This document shows, piece after piece, positions 25,011 to 38,782 of a stretch of DNA of 64,000 nucleotides. The stretch is from assembly GCF_006345805.1 (NCBI RefSeq), contig NC_042997.1, forward strand, positions 41,788,001-41,852,000, written 5' to 3'. How positions within the stretch are numbered: position 1 is the first letter of the stretch; every line of letters begins with the position of its first letter. A model generated the notes under the pieces. That model was not told the DNA's origin. It saw nothing but the letters and a program-made list of their open reading frames with translations, and made no database searches. Both the position numbers and the translations under genes were made by a program. Origin of the DNA: Octopus sinensis (Eukaryota).

Positions 25011-26299
25011 CTACAACAAATTATAGAAGAAGATTAAAAGATAAGGGACTATCCAGCAGAACATTAAGACTGGAGCCTTTTCCATTAGGCAGGAGGCTGT
25101 GTAGCTTAACTCTAACATTCCAACTATTCTCCCAAATGTAATGCTTATTTATTCACATTGTTTTGAACTGATCATGCATTATCTCATGGCTTTGATATTT
25201 CTATGATGTGATTGCATATTTTTTAAATTATAGTGTAAGGTAGGTGTGAAAGGCCAGATCTGGTCAGTTTGAACACAAAGCAGGTGGAATATTTTGTCTG
25301 GATATAGCCAGTTTAAAAGCTAAAGAGTTAAGTCTGTTAAATATTGACTTACACAAGGAGACTTCATATTGCCCCCTATTCACTGGTGCCCTTACCATCT
25401 TTGCCATTCCATTGCCTTGAATAATACTAGAAATCATCATCGTTGTTTAACATCCGTTTTCCATGCAAGCATGGGTTGGACGGTTCAACTGGGGTCTGGG
25501 AAGCCAGGAAGCTGCCCCAGTCTGATCTGGCAGTGTTTCTACAGCTGGATGCCCTTCCTAATGCCAACCACTCCATGAGCTAGAAATATTGCAAACATTT
25601 CAGAATTCCTGTTTACAACTGATTTTCTTTTATGTTTATCAGTGCTGTTCATTAAAGTCACTAAATGCACAGATCTGTAACTGTATGTTCTGATGGTGAC
25701 CATACCATCTGTTCCAAGACAGTCCATATCTAGGACTCCATAAATCCTTGGTTGTCTTCAGCAGAGTACACTCTATTGTAAGTTTTCTAACCTGAGGATA
25801 ACCACACTCAGAGACTCAGAAAAGCATCCAGGATGCTGTCCTTTCTTCTCAAATTAAAACACGTGAAGAAAAATAAAAACTTTAAGCACTAAAAAATAGT
25901 TAAGAACCCCCAAAACGTTTAGGAAAATAGAGGAAGAAATATTTGCATGTATTTGCTTTTAGTCATTAAGCAACAAGTAAATGAATCAAAAGTCTAAACT
26001 GGTTTAAGGACATCAAAGAACAAGAAAATATAAAAGGTATTGATATAAATTCAAGAATCAGTGGCAATAGAAATTGTTTTACATTATGAATTAATTAGTA
26101 GCAGCTAGAGCAGTTTTCCAGATATTTACCAGCTCTGTTTTGGCAACATTTTGTGACTGATGTTGAGACCCAGGTCAACACTGACTGAACAAATCTTATA
26201 ATTAAAGGTGCTCAAGCTGTGACCATCCTGATTTTTTTTCTTCAGACAAAGAGGATCTAGTATCAAACTCAAAAACTAAATTCCATAAATAAGGTAAAG

Positions 26300-28200
26300 T
26301 TCAACTGAAGGAATGGTTCAGCATCATGAGACAGCCTATCAACTAATCTACTTCTAAAATTGCAACTGGTTCCTTTGGTTTCTCTCAAGCAGATCTCTGC
26401 TCACTTTATGGAATCCTTTACTCTAATCATCAACAACAATGGCTCTATAAGCAGTATTCCAACAGAATAAGCTATATTTGCTGCCTGTTAAGCATCCAAC
26501 TCAACAATGCTTACACACAGCAAAATTCTTCCAAACATTCCTTCTCCATTTTACCAATTGACATACTTGTTGCTTCAAATTAAAGTCACAGGCTTTGATA
26601 AGATTGCCTTCATTACCCTCAAATGGTGCATGAGTATTAGCTACTATCATTGTCAAACTATTCAATCTTTCAGTGTGTATCTGAACTAACTTGATCTTTG
26701 AAAATATGTTAGTGTACCCTAATTTCTGACACTGCCAATTGCCAACCTGTTACTCTGATATTCGTCTCAAATATGAATCACCATTGCTCCAACACTCTGT
26801 CTGTCTGTCTCTTCAGTACGGTTTCTGTATATTCCAGATCTACTAGGGACCAGCACTCCAATGTCACACCCCCAAAGGTTCCACATAACATGTTTAGCAA
26901 AAATGAATTTCATTATTTACATGAAGTTGTTTTATCTCACAGCAGCAAAAATTTTGCCAGATACCATAAACTTCTTGCTAAGTTGCCAGCCAATAGTCTT
27001 CATCTAGCCTTACTATCACTGCATGCACAAACATGATTCTGATCTATATTCTGTTCATTCAGGTAGGCTATGAGATTAACATAGTCTTATGCAAAAAATA
27101 CTACTCTTCGCTCTTCCCTAACCCTCCATGCATAGGTACCATTCGTGTAGAACTTAGATACCTCAAGCTAAAATTACATTGCCTTTATGAATAGATATCT
27201 TAAAAGATCAACCAGTGAAGATATGACAATCTAATCTCAACAACATAAAGATGAAATTATCTTGTATCTTAGCATCTCTAGTACTGAACAATGTGCAACA
27301 AAACCTTCCAAGTTGATACAATTGCTTGGCTTCTTGGTCTCTGATAATCTTTACTGGTGTCCCTACCTATATAACATAGTTAAAAAAACTTTATTTACAG
27401 TGGACAGACAGGTGTCCTCACCTTGTTTGTTGTCACCACAACGTTTTGGCTGATGTACTCTCCAGCCTTCATCAGGTGTTCTGGTAGAATTTCGAACCCA
27501 ACCATTTATTTAACTAATGGGGTACTCTGTTCTCATTCCTATGGTATTCTTTTTTGCTGATGTTATTTTTTCTTCTGACATTATTTCCCAAGTCCCTGCC
27601 TGGGATTGAACTCAGAATCTGAGGATTTGTATGGGCATATAATATAATGGATAAGAGCACAGGCCACTAATACTTGTGGTAAAAACAAACAAGGTGAGGA
27701 CACCTATCCATCCATTGTAAATAATGTACATAATTCCTCATCTCAAAGAAATATAGAATCATAGTTAAAACTTATCAAAAAGGAGTCCCTCTTCAAAGCC
27801 AATCAATGGCTGACTCACTAAACAGTCATTTCCAGAAGGAAGTAATGGTCCCAACGCTAAAAGTATAAATGGCTTAGACTTCCATACAGCTGACTGACAA
27901 AGACTTACTCGCCAACACATTTCAACTTTTAGTTCACAGATGTGCTGTTTTCTCCCTTTGCCAATTTGGTTCCTACTGCAATAACCACTGTTCCTTTGAA
28001 CTAGCTCTATTCAAGTTCACCTAAAACACCTATTTGTCATTTCATTTTTAATGTGTTTCACAGTCCAACCCTGCACTAAGTATTTACTCAAATCCTTCTT
28101 CCCTGAATAGCAACCCTACTTGGAATTCCTTCCCTTCCTACAATTTTTCCCCAAGATATTGACTTACAGATATTAAAACTGCTCACTTCCTACTTCAGAT
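26300..28200 (+). mobile_element. Degraded CR1/L2-like LINE fragments
   Basis: Weak RT/APE-like residual motifs only; no intact ORF. Confidence 0.3.
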
Positions 28201-28877
28201 TTGAACCATAAAAAATATGTACAAATAAGTTATGTGCAGAATACAGGTTGTACTACATATACTGAAAAGCATCGCATATATTAATTTCAAATTTTGGCAC
28301 AAGGCCAGTTATTTCTGGGAAAACTGAGGGTTGAGTCAATTACATTGACTCCAGTGTTTAACGGGTATCAACTGGTATTTATTTTACTGATCCCAAAACG
28401 ATGAAAGGTAAAGTCAACCTTTTAGCGTTGGGACCATTACTCCATTCTGGAAATGACTGTTGAGTGAGTCAGCTATTGATCTGCCTTGAAGAGGGACTCC
28501 TTTTGAACCCAGAACTTCCACCATTGGCTAAATAACTCATTCCTTACACAAAATAAAATGTAAGACATAAAACAATCTTTGCTATAAGAAGAATGAAGAG
28601 GAGATATGTCATGGTAAATGACAATATTCATAGGGACATGTATTCTACTGGAAAGAAACTGATTTATCCAGGAACTTGATCTTTTCAATGGGTTTTTGCC
28701 ATTTTTGTTATATGTAAGAAAATAATTCTTAGGTGATGAAGGTTATGAGATAAATACAAAATATTCATTAAAAACAAAATGTAACCCTATCAAAAAAAGA
28801 AAATAATAATAACCCCATATGGAACCCAAACTACTGAAAGTGATTCAAAGTTGGCTGTGAGAAAATTTATATTTTAC

Positions 28878-30365
28878 CTTTCCAAGATATCCTGCCGTAG
28901 GACTGAACCTTGTGGTAATGTAATCAGTTCCAAACCAGACAGAACTCCAACTCCAAGATCATCCTCTCCAAGAACACGGATAAACTCCACATCAATTTTT
29001 GTAAGATGTTGAGCAATTCGTCGTGGATTGTCCATTAATATATCATAGACTTTGAAAAATACATGAACATCTAAAGGTTTGTTTTCATCAGGTATCAATG
29101 CCCCACAGTAATTTTGCAAATTATAACTTTTATGGAAGCCTTTTTCCTCTGGAATGGTGATTTCTCTTGCTTTCATGTAATTAACATCGAAAATTTGCTC
29201 AGTGTATTCTTCATTTATAGAATCTTTACCGGATGGAAATTTGGATTTACTAGGAAATTTGTTTTTTAAGTGGGATTTACCATTTTTGTTAGTACTTGTT
29301 CCTTGACCTGAAGAAACATTTTTCAGGTTTTGGTGATAGGTAAATTCCAACTTTTTATCAGCTTTGACCCAACTAGGTGTTGCAACAACCTGATCAAGTT
29401 CACTATAATCCATTTCATCATCATATAATGCAGCATTTCGGATTTCAATTGTAGGTCGTTGCTTTGTTTTGATTGAAGCTACCCTGCTGGGTTTAGGGGG
29501 TGGAGATTTAAACAAACTGCTCTCTGATGAAGCTGGATTTAGGGAATTATCTGGCAGTGTGAGGAATGTTGGATTTACTGGTTGTGGTGACAAGATCGGT
29601 TCACTACCACATCGAGTGTGATGAATTGGAGGGGATGGCATTGTAGGGGTTGCTATTGGTGATAAAGATGAGCTGTAGCCAATCGAGGGAACACTGTCAG
29701 AGCGACCCAAGTGAGTTGGGGAAAATGGAGCTTCACAATTGGATTGTTCTAAACAGAGTACAGGTTGACTCCCAGTTCTTTTGTGAAGATGGTCTTTCAT
29801 TCCAGTTGGACTGCCAGGTGGAGTTGTATTTGGGGTCACAAAAGGGCTAGGTTTGGGGCTAATATTTGGTGTACTTGAATAAAATCCAGAATTCTTATTC
29901 ATTGGCGAGCCATACTTCATATCATACGAACTAAGAGGTAATTTCCGAGCTATAGCTTTTTTCAGAATTACATTTGATGCCTTGGTTACAGGTTTAGAAT
30001 TTTTTACATAATAATCAATGAGACTAGGGATGGAATTGAACTCATCATCTTCCAGCAAATAAATTATTTTAGGTTCGGCATATCCATCTATTAAAACTTT
30101 AGAATTTACGATAAAGTGCATGGGGACTCCATGCCAACCACAAGAGAGTACAAAGTCTCCTGGCTGCGATACACTGTCTCGGACAAGGTAGTCACCATTG
30201 ACAACCACTAACTGTTCGGCAGCAAGTCGACTGATCTGACCATGATACCAAGAATAAGATCGTAAATTTCCTGGGTCCCCTTGTAACTCTAGATGTAGAT
30301 CAAGCTGTAGTTTCTCATTTGTTGCATTCTGGTTGTTGTCATAAATAGTCGGTGAGAAGTAAGAC
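28878..30365 (-). CDS. BCAR3: BCAR3-like large exon: SH2 domain, Pro/Ser-rich linker, start of GEF-like domain
   Basis: WYHGQISRLAAEQLVVVNGDYLVRDSVSQPGDFVLSCGW is an SH2 domain; LGVGVLSGLELITLPQG...QDILER matches the NSP GEF-like domain. Acceptor CAG at 30368-30366, donor GT at 28877; phase 2/2. Confidence 0.93.
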
Positions 30366-30525
30366 CTGAAGAAAGAGACAAAAAATAAATAAATACTATG
30401 AATTTTCACACAAACTCTACATGACATATATGACAACGGGAAATAAATAAATGTAAATAAATAGCTAAATATGCAAAGAATATTTATATGGGAAGTATTG
30501 AAGTTATATGTAAACTATTTGTGAC

Positions 30526-31057
30526 CTTGTCAGGTCAGGTCTGATGTATGCAGCATCGGATCCTACTACTGGTAAACTGTAAACCAGTACAACCTGTGTC
30601 AGTGGGGTAGAAAGGGCTCCTTAGCCGTAGAGAAGGCAATCTATCTAGGGAGATAACCTTACAATAAATCACTCGGTTCGTAGCTTAGAAATACTGGGTT
30701 GACATCCAGCGGGAACAGCTTTGTTTCATGGAGGAGGAAAGATCTTCTTTAGTACTTGGTTGTACAATGCTTTCCAATGTGTGTAGTAGTGGCACGTGCA
30801 CACATTATTAGCCATTTGAAAAGACTATGGAATTTACAATTAACTGCACCAGGGTTCCTCTTCCCCAGGGAACCAGACCTAATGGTATACCTGCGGATAT
30901 AAGCCCAGCCCCTGCTTTGCCGAGTCCTGTCTCTGATCACGTTCTCCAGGGATACAGGCATCCAGCAACAGGACCTCCGTAATGCCATGATGGATCGTGA
31001 AGTCTGGCGTAGCATGGTAAATTCCATTGTCTTGACCACGGTCAAACAATGATGATG
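30526..31057 (+). mobile_element. Short RTE-derived element with (TGA)n tail and 9-bp target-site duplication ATTTGTGAC
   Basis: Direct repeats at 30517-30525 and 31058-31066; the last 110 nt encode an RTE-type C-terminus (SRDTGIQQQDLRNAMMDREVWRSMV...KQ*). Confidence 0.7.
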
Positions 31058-32366
31058 ATTTGTGACAATTTTATTGAATTGGGGTCGTGATTTTGAAAGA
31101 GAGGGATATAGATGGAATTACCATTCCGTAACATCACACAATTGTAAACATTTGTGTAGTCACATGCACACATATATCAATAAGCATACATCTACCTGTG
31201 CTAACAAAGGAGCCTCTACACAGCCAATTGACCTGTTAGAGATAGCAGTTAAATCTCTCAAATTACCTCATAACAACAGCCAGCTGTCACTCACAAGCGA
31301 GTATGGCTTGGAAGCATGCACTATATTTTCACTAATAGTTACAGACACCTTCTTAACCCAGAGGCACAGCCAAGATGTGACAACTGGAAGGAGAGAGTGC
31401 TCCAGCAGCATCCAGTTGGTACTCATTTACAACTGCGTAAAGAGAAGCAACATGAAATGAAATGTCTTGCCTAAGGAAATGCACTGCTAGGTCAAGGAAT
31501 TGAACTCATGATTTTATGCACTGAACTAAACATCCTAATCACAAGATCACATGCCTTGAATAGAAACACATTGGATAATGTGGCCCTGGGTGCAATGGAC
31601 TAGTGGATAAGGTGGTTGGTCATGGCTGGAATGTCTTTAATCATAAGCCAGCTTAACTAGGACTGACTTGCAGTTAAATGATAACAACACACAGTTCTTG
31701 CTCATAGTTGAGTAGAGTTATCCACAACAGGATTTCTGTGTCTCACTTCAGTTGTATAGATTTTTACAGCTCAAGGATTTGTGAAGATCACATTAACCGT
31801 TTTGTCACTCACCATGTTTCAGTTTGAAACATTCTGACTTTACCTCCATTACTTTTGAAATTAATGAAGAATTTACTAAAACAAATTAACTTGAAATTTT
31901 GATGGAAGATTTTAATTTAAATTACATTAAAACGGGTTGTTTGTATAAAAGAACCCAAAGCAGTCTCGAATGGGTGAGTATCAAATGAGTTAAAGAAAGC
32001 TACAGTAGGATGTAGTCAGTCTTCAAAGAAGAGAAACAAACATGGTGAATAGTTTAGCTCTGAATTATAGATATAGAACAAAATAGAGCAACTGGTTTTG
32101 ACTTCACTTCTACAGTCACAGAGTTCAAATCCTACCATGGTTAACTTTGTCTTTCATTCCTTTGAGGTCAAAAAATAAGTCCCACTCTAATACCAGGGTT
32201 GATGTAATCAATTTAGCCTTTTACTTCAAAATTGCTGGCTTTAAACCTTGTAATGGATGGTGTATTGGTTACTCATATACCATGGTAATTGGCCTTATAA
32301 ATTCTTTGGCTCATGAAAAAAACAACATTGAACAGACTCATAACCTCTGCCCACCAGCAAAGACTG

Positions 32367-32407
<41 letters not shown>

Positions 32408-33296
32408 TTTTTCTCCAGTTTCCCTGAATATCATAAAATACATTACCCTTTGCACTAATTCTTATGAGGACATCCAACTGTAAAAGCTATTGCACAAATA
32501 TATACACACAAAACCATCCCGTTCAAGAACTGAGATAATCTTTACTGGGTTACTCAACATGTAGGAAATAACAATCAGATCTCCCTCAAATCATATCTAC
32601 TGTCTTAATGACAACCACTATCCCACTATGCAATCATGAAAAGATTAATGTAAAACAGGATAAACTCCCTGCCAAATATACAAATTTTTATATTGGTCTG
32701 CACTAAATGTATGTTTTATATGAGTATGACGGTAGCAAAGGTGGATCAATTCTATAAAATTAACGCATCAGTTTATTATTGGTAGTCATTTTGTTTATCC
32801 TACAGGGATGAAAGATGAAGTCAAAACCCGCAAGGTTTGAATTCAAAGCATAAAAAATGCAGGGCATTTAGTCTGACATTTCTACCATTTCAAACTCAAA
32901 TGGCCTTTCTTATAAATATTATTACCAAATTTATCTGAGTTCACAGAAGGAACACAAGTATACCACATGATGTCAAACCAAATATAGATAGTAAATATAT
33001 AGTTCTTATCAGAAGTATGTTAGGCCATAAAGTTATATTTTACCCCAATAAAGCTTATCTTTGATGTAATTCAAACATACTGTTTACTATCATATTAGCA
33101 ATGTTCTTCCTGCCTGTTCCTTTCCCTGTCTCCCACTGATATCAATGTCAAAGGCTGATATTTTCACTATGCTGCTATTTCAATGAAACACTGACAAGTT
33201 GTTTAGTTAACTGAATACCAAGAAGCAATTACTAAATAAGCTGGACTATCCATATATCAATAGTACAATTGTTGTTTTATATATATATTATATATA

Positions 33297-33332
<36 letters not shown>

Positions 33333-33496
33333 TATTATTATTATTTATTAAATGATAATGAGGAATATTTTATTCAATTTATTCATTTAAAATTCTGTTT
33401 GTCACAAGAAATTAGTGATAAAATTGAGCATCTGTCACATACAGATTTTCTACAGATACCCATTAATATATAGCGGTGTATGTACACTTTGTTCTC

Positions 33497-33528
<32 letters not shown>

Positions 33529-34356
33529 TCATTGTCATCAGTATCGTTTTTAACATCCATTTCCCATTCTTGTACGAGAAGAAATTCGTTGAGGCAAATT
33601 TTTTATGGCCAAGATACCCATCCTATTGCTAACCATCACCTGTTGGCAAGCAAGTTAATATTTTCAATATGGCTTGCCATGTTTTCATGGAAGATTGGAA
33701 AAGAATGACATTACTTGTATGATGGTGACATATGTTTACAACTGGTTGTGACAAGGAGACACACACACATTTATCTCTTCAGCAGAAATTACAAAGTGAC
33801 TCAAAGGCCAAGAGTTTCATGCACTGGAACTTATCAAACCTATGCATTAATATAAAGCATCCACTCTACTTTGTGAAGTGGTTGGCACTAGTAAGGTCAC
33901 CCAGCTGTAAGAACCATCCTAAAGCAGATCTCGCAGGTGCTGGTACCAAGCAGAAACCATCCAGTCCATTCTGTAAAGTGACTGACACTAGAAAGGGCAA
34001 CCAGCTGTGAAAACCATGCCAAAACAGACAGTGGACCTTGGTGCAATCCTCTGGCTTGCCAGCTCCAGTCAAACCATCCAATCTATGCCAGCATAGAAGG
34101 TAGGTGTTAAATAATGATGATATACATGTACATGGAAGGATTCTTTCAGTTTCTGTCTACCAAATCCATCTAACTCAACCACAAGGCTTCTACTAAAGCT
34201 CTGGTTAACTCAGGGCTTTAGTAGAAGGTACCATGCAGCCATACCTGTGCCTGTATTACTGTTTGTATTTATAGTTGATATGTAGGTGAGTATATTAGGG
34301 TGTGCAAATATGAATGCCTACATGTATCTGTTATAATGTATCTATTGGTAACTTAC

Positions 34357-34405
34357 GGTGGAGGTGGTGGTGCATTGGACAGCTGACTCCAAGAATTTCT
34401 TTTAT
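34357..34405 (-). CDS. BCAR3: BCAR3-like 49-nt micro-exon (DKRNSWSQLSNAPPPPP)
   Basis: tttctttatttaCAG acceptor and GTAAGT donor at 34356; phase 1 to 2 exactly bridges the SAM exon and the SH2 exon. Confidence 0.8.
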
Positions 34406-36609
34406 CTGTAAATAAAGAAAATTAATAAATAACATGATAACAATAGGCTTTGGTGAGAAGTAGATTGGCAGAGAAATGACAAATAATGTGGTCAACAAAG
34501 GTCTTTCTTTAACTCTCTAACTTTTAAACTGACTATATCTAACCCAAATATTCTACCTGCCTTATGTTTAAACTATCCAGATGTGGCCTCTCATATCTAC
34601 CCTATAAAGTCCTTCTAAAAATAATTTTCCACATCATCATCATCATCATAGTTTAACGTCCGTTTTCCGCACTAGCACGGGTTGGACGGTTCGACTGGGG
34701 TCTGGGGAGCCAGGGGCTGCTCCAGGCTCCAGTCTGATCTGGCAGTGTTTCTACAGCTGGATGCCCTTCCTAATCATCTAAATCTCAAAGCTGTGAGATA
34801 ATGCATAACTGAAAACTGTGAACAAATAAGCATTAACATTTAATAAAATGATCTGAATGCTAAAGGATTAAAAACAATCAAGGAGTAGTGATGTGGGCAA
34901 AAGCAGTCTAGCCATGACCATCCCATCTTTTTGTATATGCATGACTACATTATCAAATATGTCCTTTTTTTTTTAAGATCGGGTATAAGTTGAAGGAGAT
35001 TTGGTTTCTATTTCTAGTAGGTTACAAAAAAGATCTTTCAATGGCTTGTAGGAAAGGTAGCAGTAGTAGTTATCATAGGATGAGGACATTGTTTTGGCTA
35101 TAGTTTTAGAACAGGGTTAATAATGGTAATGATATAATGGTGACATTGAGGGATGTAGTGGCAATGTTGGTGGGTGATGGAGACAGATTTAACAGATAAA
35201 ATTAATCTTTCTAGTGGTGCAGTATGATTTGAAGTGGAGGAAAAAAAAGAGGCCAACCTAAAGCTAGCAATCTAATGATTGTGTTGGAAGTGAATTCTTT
35301 ATTTAGGGACTAGATTTGTGGAGATTTTTAGAACAAGGAGTGAGAGAAGATTGTTTGAGGTTAGCATGATTAAGGTAATTGGATTACATTCCTGCTTCAT
35401 ATACTATGATTACCTCCCACTCCCCAAGGGGAATCCTGTTGGCCAAGCGCCACTGTATCCTTGCCCCCAACCTGTGCATTCTACCCACATGTCTTGGTGT
35501 TCCTCCCACACATAAGAAAACTTTTCCCTCACCCTACCCCAACAAGCCAATTTACACCTCTTTCTTACATTTCCTTCTGCACTCACTATGCCTAGCTCTC
35601 ACTCCCCAATCCTTTCCTCACACACCTGCTCATCTGTATCATTGCTATCCAGTAGTCCCTCCAACTCTCTATATATACCCAGGTCTTTTGCCACTTACTC
35701 GCACTCTCTTTGCAATATCCTGTCACATATGGCATTTGAACCTTTGGGTTTGCTCTAGTACTTGCCACTATCTATACCTCCCTCTTCCTTTACTCAACCA
35801 TCTCATTTATACTCTGATCCCTGTTCCTTGTGAGCATGCCTGGCATTTTGCCACCTCCTCCATCTTGCAGCCTCCCCCCCCACTCTCTCTCTCTCTCTCT
35901 TGCACTTCCCTCAGGCTGAGCAACCATGTATTTTCTTTGTGGTAGCACACCTGTTTTCTGTCTCCATCCCTGATCTTTCTCTCTCCAGTAGCGTAACCTT
36001 ATACTTCCTCTTCAGCAAGACACCTATATATGTCTTACTATAACTTTTTCATCATCACCTCCTCCAATGCCTCCTCCCCTTTTAAAAGTTTTCATCTTGC
36101 AAGTACTTGGTGACACTGTCAGTGCAAGTGCCACTTAAGAGCAACCAGTACCACACTGTAAAGTGGTTGGTGTTTGGAAGGGCATCCAGCTGTAAAAACC
36201 TTGCCAAAACTGACCTCGTCTGTGCTTGTGCCACATGAAAAGCACTACTCACCTTGCCTGTGCTTGTACCAGATAGAAAGCACTATCTCCACTCTGCTGA
36301 GTGGTTAGTGCTAGAAAGGGCATCCGGCTGTAAAAATTCTGCCAAAACAGTCACAGAAATCTAGTGCAGGCTTCAGCCTGGCTGGCTCTTGTGGTACCAC
36401 CGTCTCACCCATGCTAGCATTGAACACAGACGTTAAATGATGATGATGATTTCCTCTCTCCATCTGTTTTCTCTCCTCATTCCTTTCTGTAGAAAAGTGT
36501 AGGCTCAAAACGTCAAAGATGTTTCAAAGACGTTTTCCTGATCATCAAACTAATTCACCTCAGTTGTTGTTCCCTCGCCTATCTATGTCTTGTTTTTTGT
36601 ACAATTTTG

Positions 36610-36643
<34 letters not shown>

Positions 36644-36933
36644 AAATTAAGTAGTGGTAATGAGTAAATATTTTGTAAATATGATAAGATTTGACCATAT
36701 ATTGATTATAGAAAATAGTCTAATATTAGAGCACATAAACTCCCAAAGGTAAAAAAAAATGGGCATAAGTACATGGAATTAAATTAATAAGAAGAGTGGG
36801 TTTGATTCCAACACATGCTAGTGCCCCATTTTTTCCATTGGCAGGTTTATATGACCTGATACACTATTTTCTATAGTCTACATACAGTGAAAGCTTTTCA
36901 TTATATTTATAATACACACACAGGTATTACGAA

Positions 36934-37017
36934 TGTCCGAAGTGGGATGCGAACCCACGCCGGGAAGACCCGACTGCGACCTGAATGCAGCGCCTTAGAC
37001 TGCTCGGCCATCCTGAC
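36934..37017 (-). pseudogene. tRNA-Leu(CAG), probably pseudogene
   Basis: GTCAGGATGGCCGAGCAGTCTAAGGCGCTGCATTCAGGTCGCAG...GTGGGTTCGCATCCCACTTCGGACA forms a cloverleaf with long variable arm. Lesions: D-loop GG to AG, anticodon-stem A-C mismatch, T-loop A58 to C, acceptor-stem A-G mismatch; no nearby T-run terminator. Confidence 0.85.
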
Positions 37018-37056
37018 TTGCTTTAATTGGCTTTAATAATAATGACTTGCTTTAAT

Positions 37057-37359
37057 AGGCGCAGGAGTGGCTGAGTGGTAAGTAGCTTGCTTACGAACCA
37101 CATGTTGCGGGTTCAGTCCCACTGCGTGGTATCTTGGGCAAGTGTCTTCTGCTATAGCCCCGGGCCGACCAATGCCTTGTGAGTGGATTTGGTAGACGGA
37201 AACTGAAAGAAGCCTGTCGTATATATGTATATATATATGTGTGTGTGTGTGTGTTTGTGTGTCTGTGTTTGTCCCCCTAGCATTGCTTGACAACCGATGC
37301 TGGTGTGTTTACGTTCCCGTTACTTAGCGGTTCGGCAAAAGAGACCGATAGAATAAGTA
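37057..37359 (+). mobile_element. SINE family A copy
   Basis: GGCGCAGGAGTGGCTGAGTGGTAAGTAGCTTGC head; same body as 12739-13125. Confidence 0.85.
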
Positions 37360-38664
37360 AGTACTGTGCTTACACAGGTATGTATAGGTGTAGGCATAGT
37401 TGTGTTGTTAAGAAATTTGATTCTCAACCATGTAGTTTTGGGTTCAGTCCTATAGTACAGCACCTTTTTGTAAGTATCTTCTACTACAGCTCCAGGCCAA
37501 TTAAAGTTTTGTGAGTGAATCTGGTAGATAGGGACAGAAAGAAGCCTTTTGTGTGTATGTGTGAAATTCCTTGTCTTGACGACATGTGGTAATTATAAAC
37601 AATTGTTATTCATTTCCATTCTGCTATGAAAAACATGTCTGGTTGGTTATGAGGAAATATTGCTTTATTTGCAAACAAGCAAGGGTTGTTGACAGAAAGG
37701 GCATCCAGCCATAGAAAATCTGCTTAAATGGCCTTCTGAGACCAATATAGTTGATGTTCTTTTTGTTTTTGAATAGTTGGAAAAACATGAGCATGAAGAG
37801 AATTCTTGAGGGTTAGCGTTCTGTGAAAGAGGGACTAGAAAATTTGGTTAATGAAGGGCCTAGGAGAGAGATGAATACAATATAGGTGACAAGAAGAGAA
37901 TTGGGGAAAGCTTGAGTGAAAAGGATTGGCAGGGAGGTTACAAGGTGAAAGCATGCATTGGTTTTTGTAAATTAGTGGTTGTATAATAGGCATATTTTCA
38001 GAGAGAGTTAAAAGTTAAGGGAAAAAACAGAAGAGAAAAGCCATTGTTATAGCAAAAAAAATGTAGCAATGAAGAGCATTTTAAATCTCTTCAAGTAAAT
38101 TCATATATTATTTGAGCAAATGATGAGAGAAGAAAATAAAATAATAGAAAATATCTCCAAAAAAATATATATAAATTACAAATTGAAATTAAAACAAACC
38201 TGAGAATTTGTGAGAGAAATTAGAGGAAAAGGTTTCATAAATGGTACTTTGTCAAGAATTTAAACTGATGCTTGAGAAGAGGTGATAAACATAAAACTGC
38301 AGAACAGATATGAATGAATATGCATCTGAACTGAGAACAATTAATGGGAGTTTTTCCTCATTTTTTTTCCCTTTAATATTCTGTTTTGTTTATTATAAAA
38401 AGTTGGTGATAAATTTAGAAATATTTTGAGTGTGTAACCAACCCCTGCCATTTAAGTAAATAGCTGAGTAAACACCGTGTGAGGAATAGAGTAATGAGAA
38501 ATGAGTTGGTTCAATGTGACAATATGTTAATGCCATGGAATATCTATTATTGACCAGCTACTCCATCATCATGTTCCTCCACTGTTTAAACCCTGTCACT
38601 AGCAGTTACCTACAAGTAAATCAGGAAACAGATAAAAGAAAATGTTAGTTTAAGCATGTTTCAC

Positions 38665-38782
38665 CTGGCAAATTCTTGTAGTTATCTCGCAGGTAGCACA
38701 AACTCGAGACTATCTTTGTCCTGTGAATACAATCCTTAACACCAAGGTCACGCAGGTCAGCTTCATTTAAGGACAGCAAATC
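38665..38782 (-). CDS. BCAR3: BCAR3-like exon, second half of SAM domain (DLLSLNEADLRDLGVKDCIHRTKIVSSLCYLRDNYKNLP)
   Basis: tctctatttttAG acceptor, GTGAAA donor at 38664; phase 0 to 1; DLLxLxExDLxxLGVK..HRxKI is the SAM signature. Confidence 0.85.

Noticed and set aside
38500-38610. Acceptor-like site 55 nt after the second SAM exon
   Set aside because: All frames stop within a few codons and the implied intron is too short.
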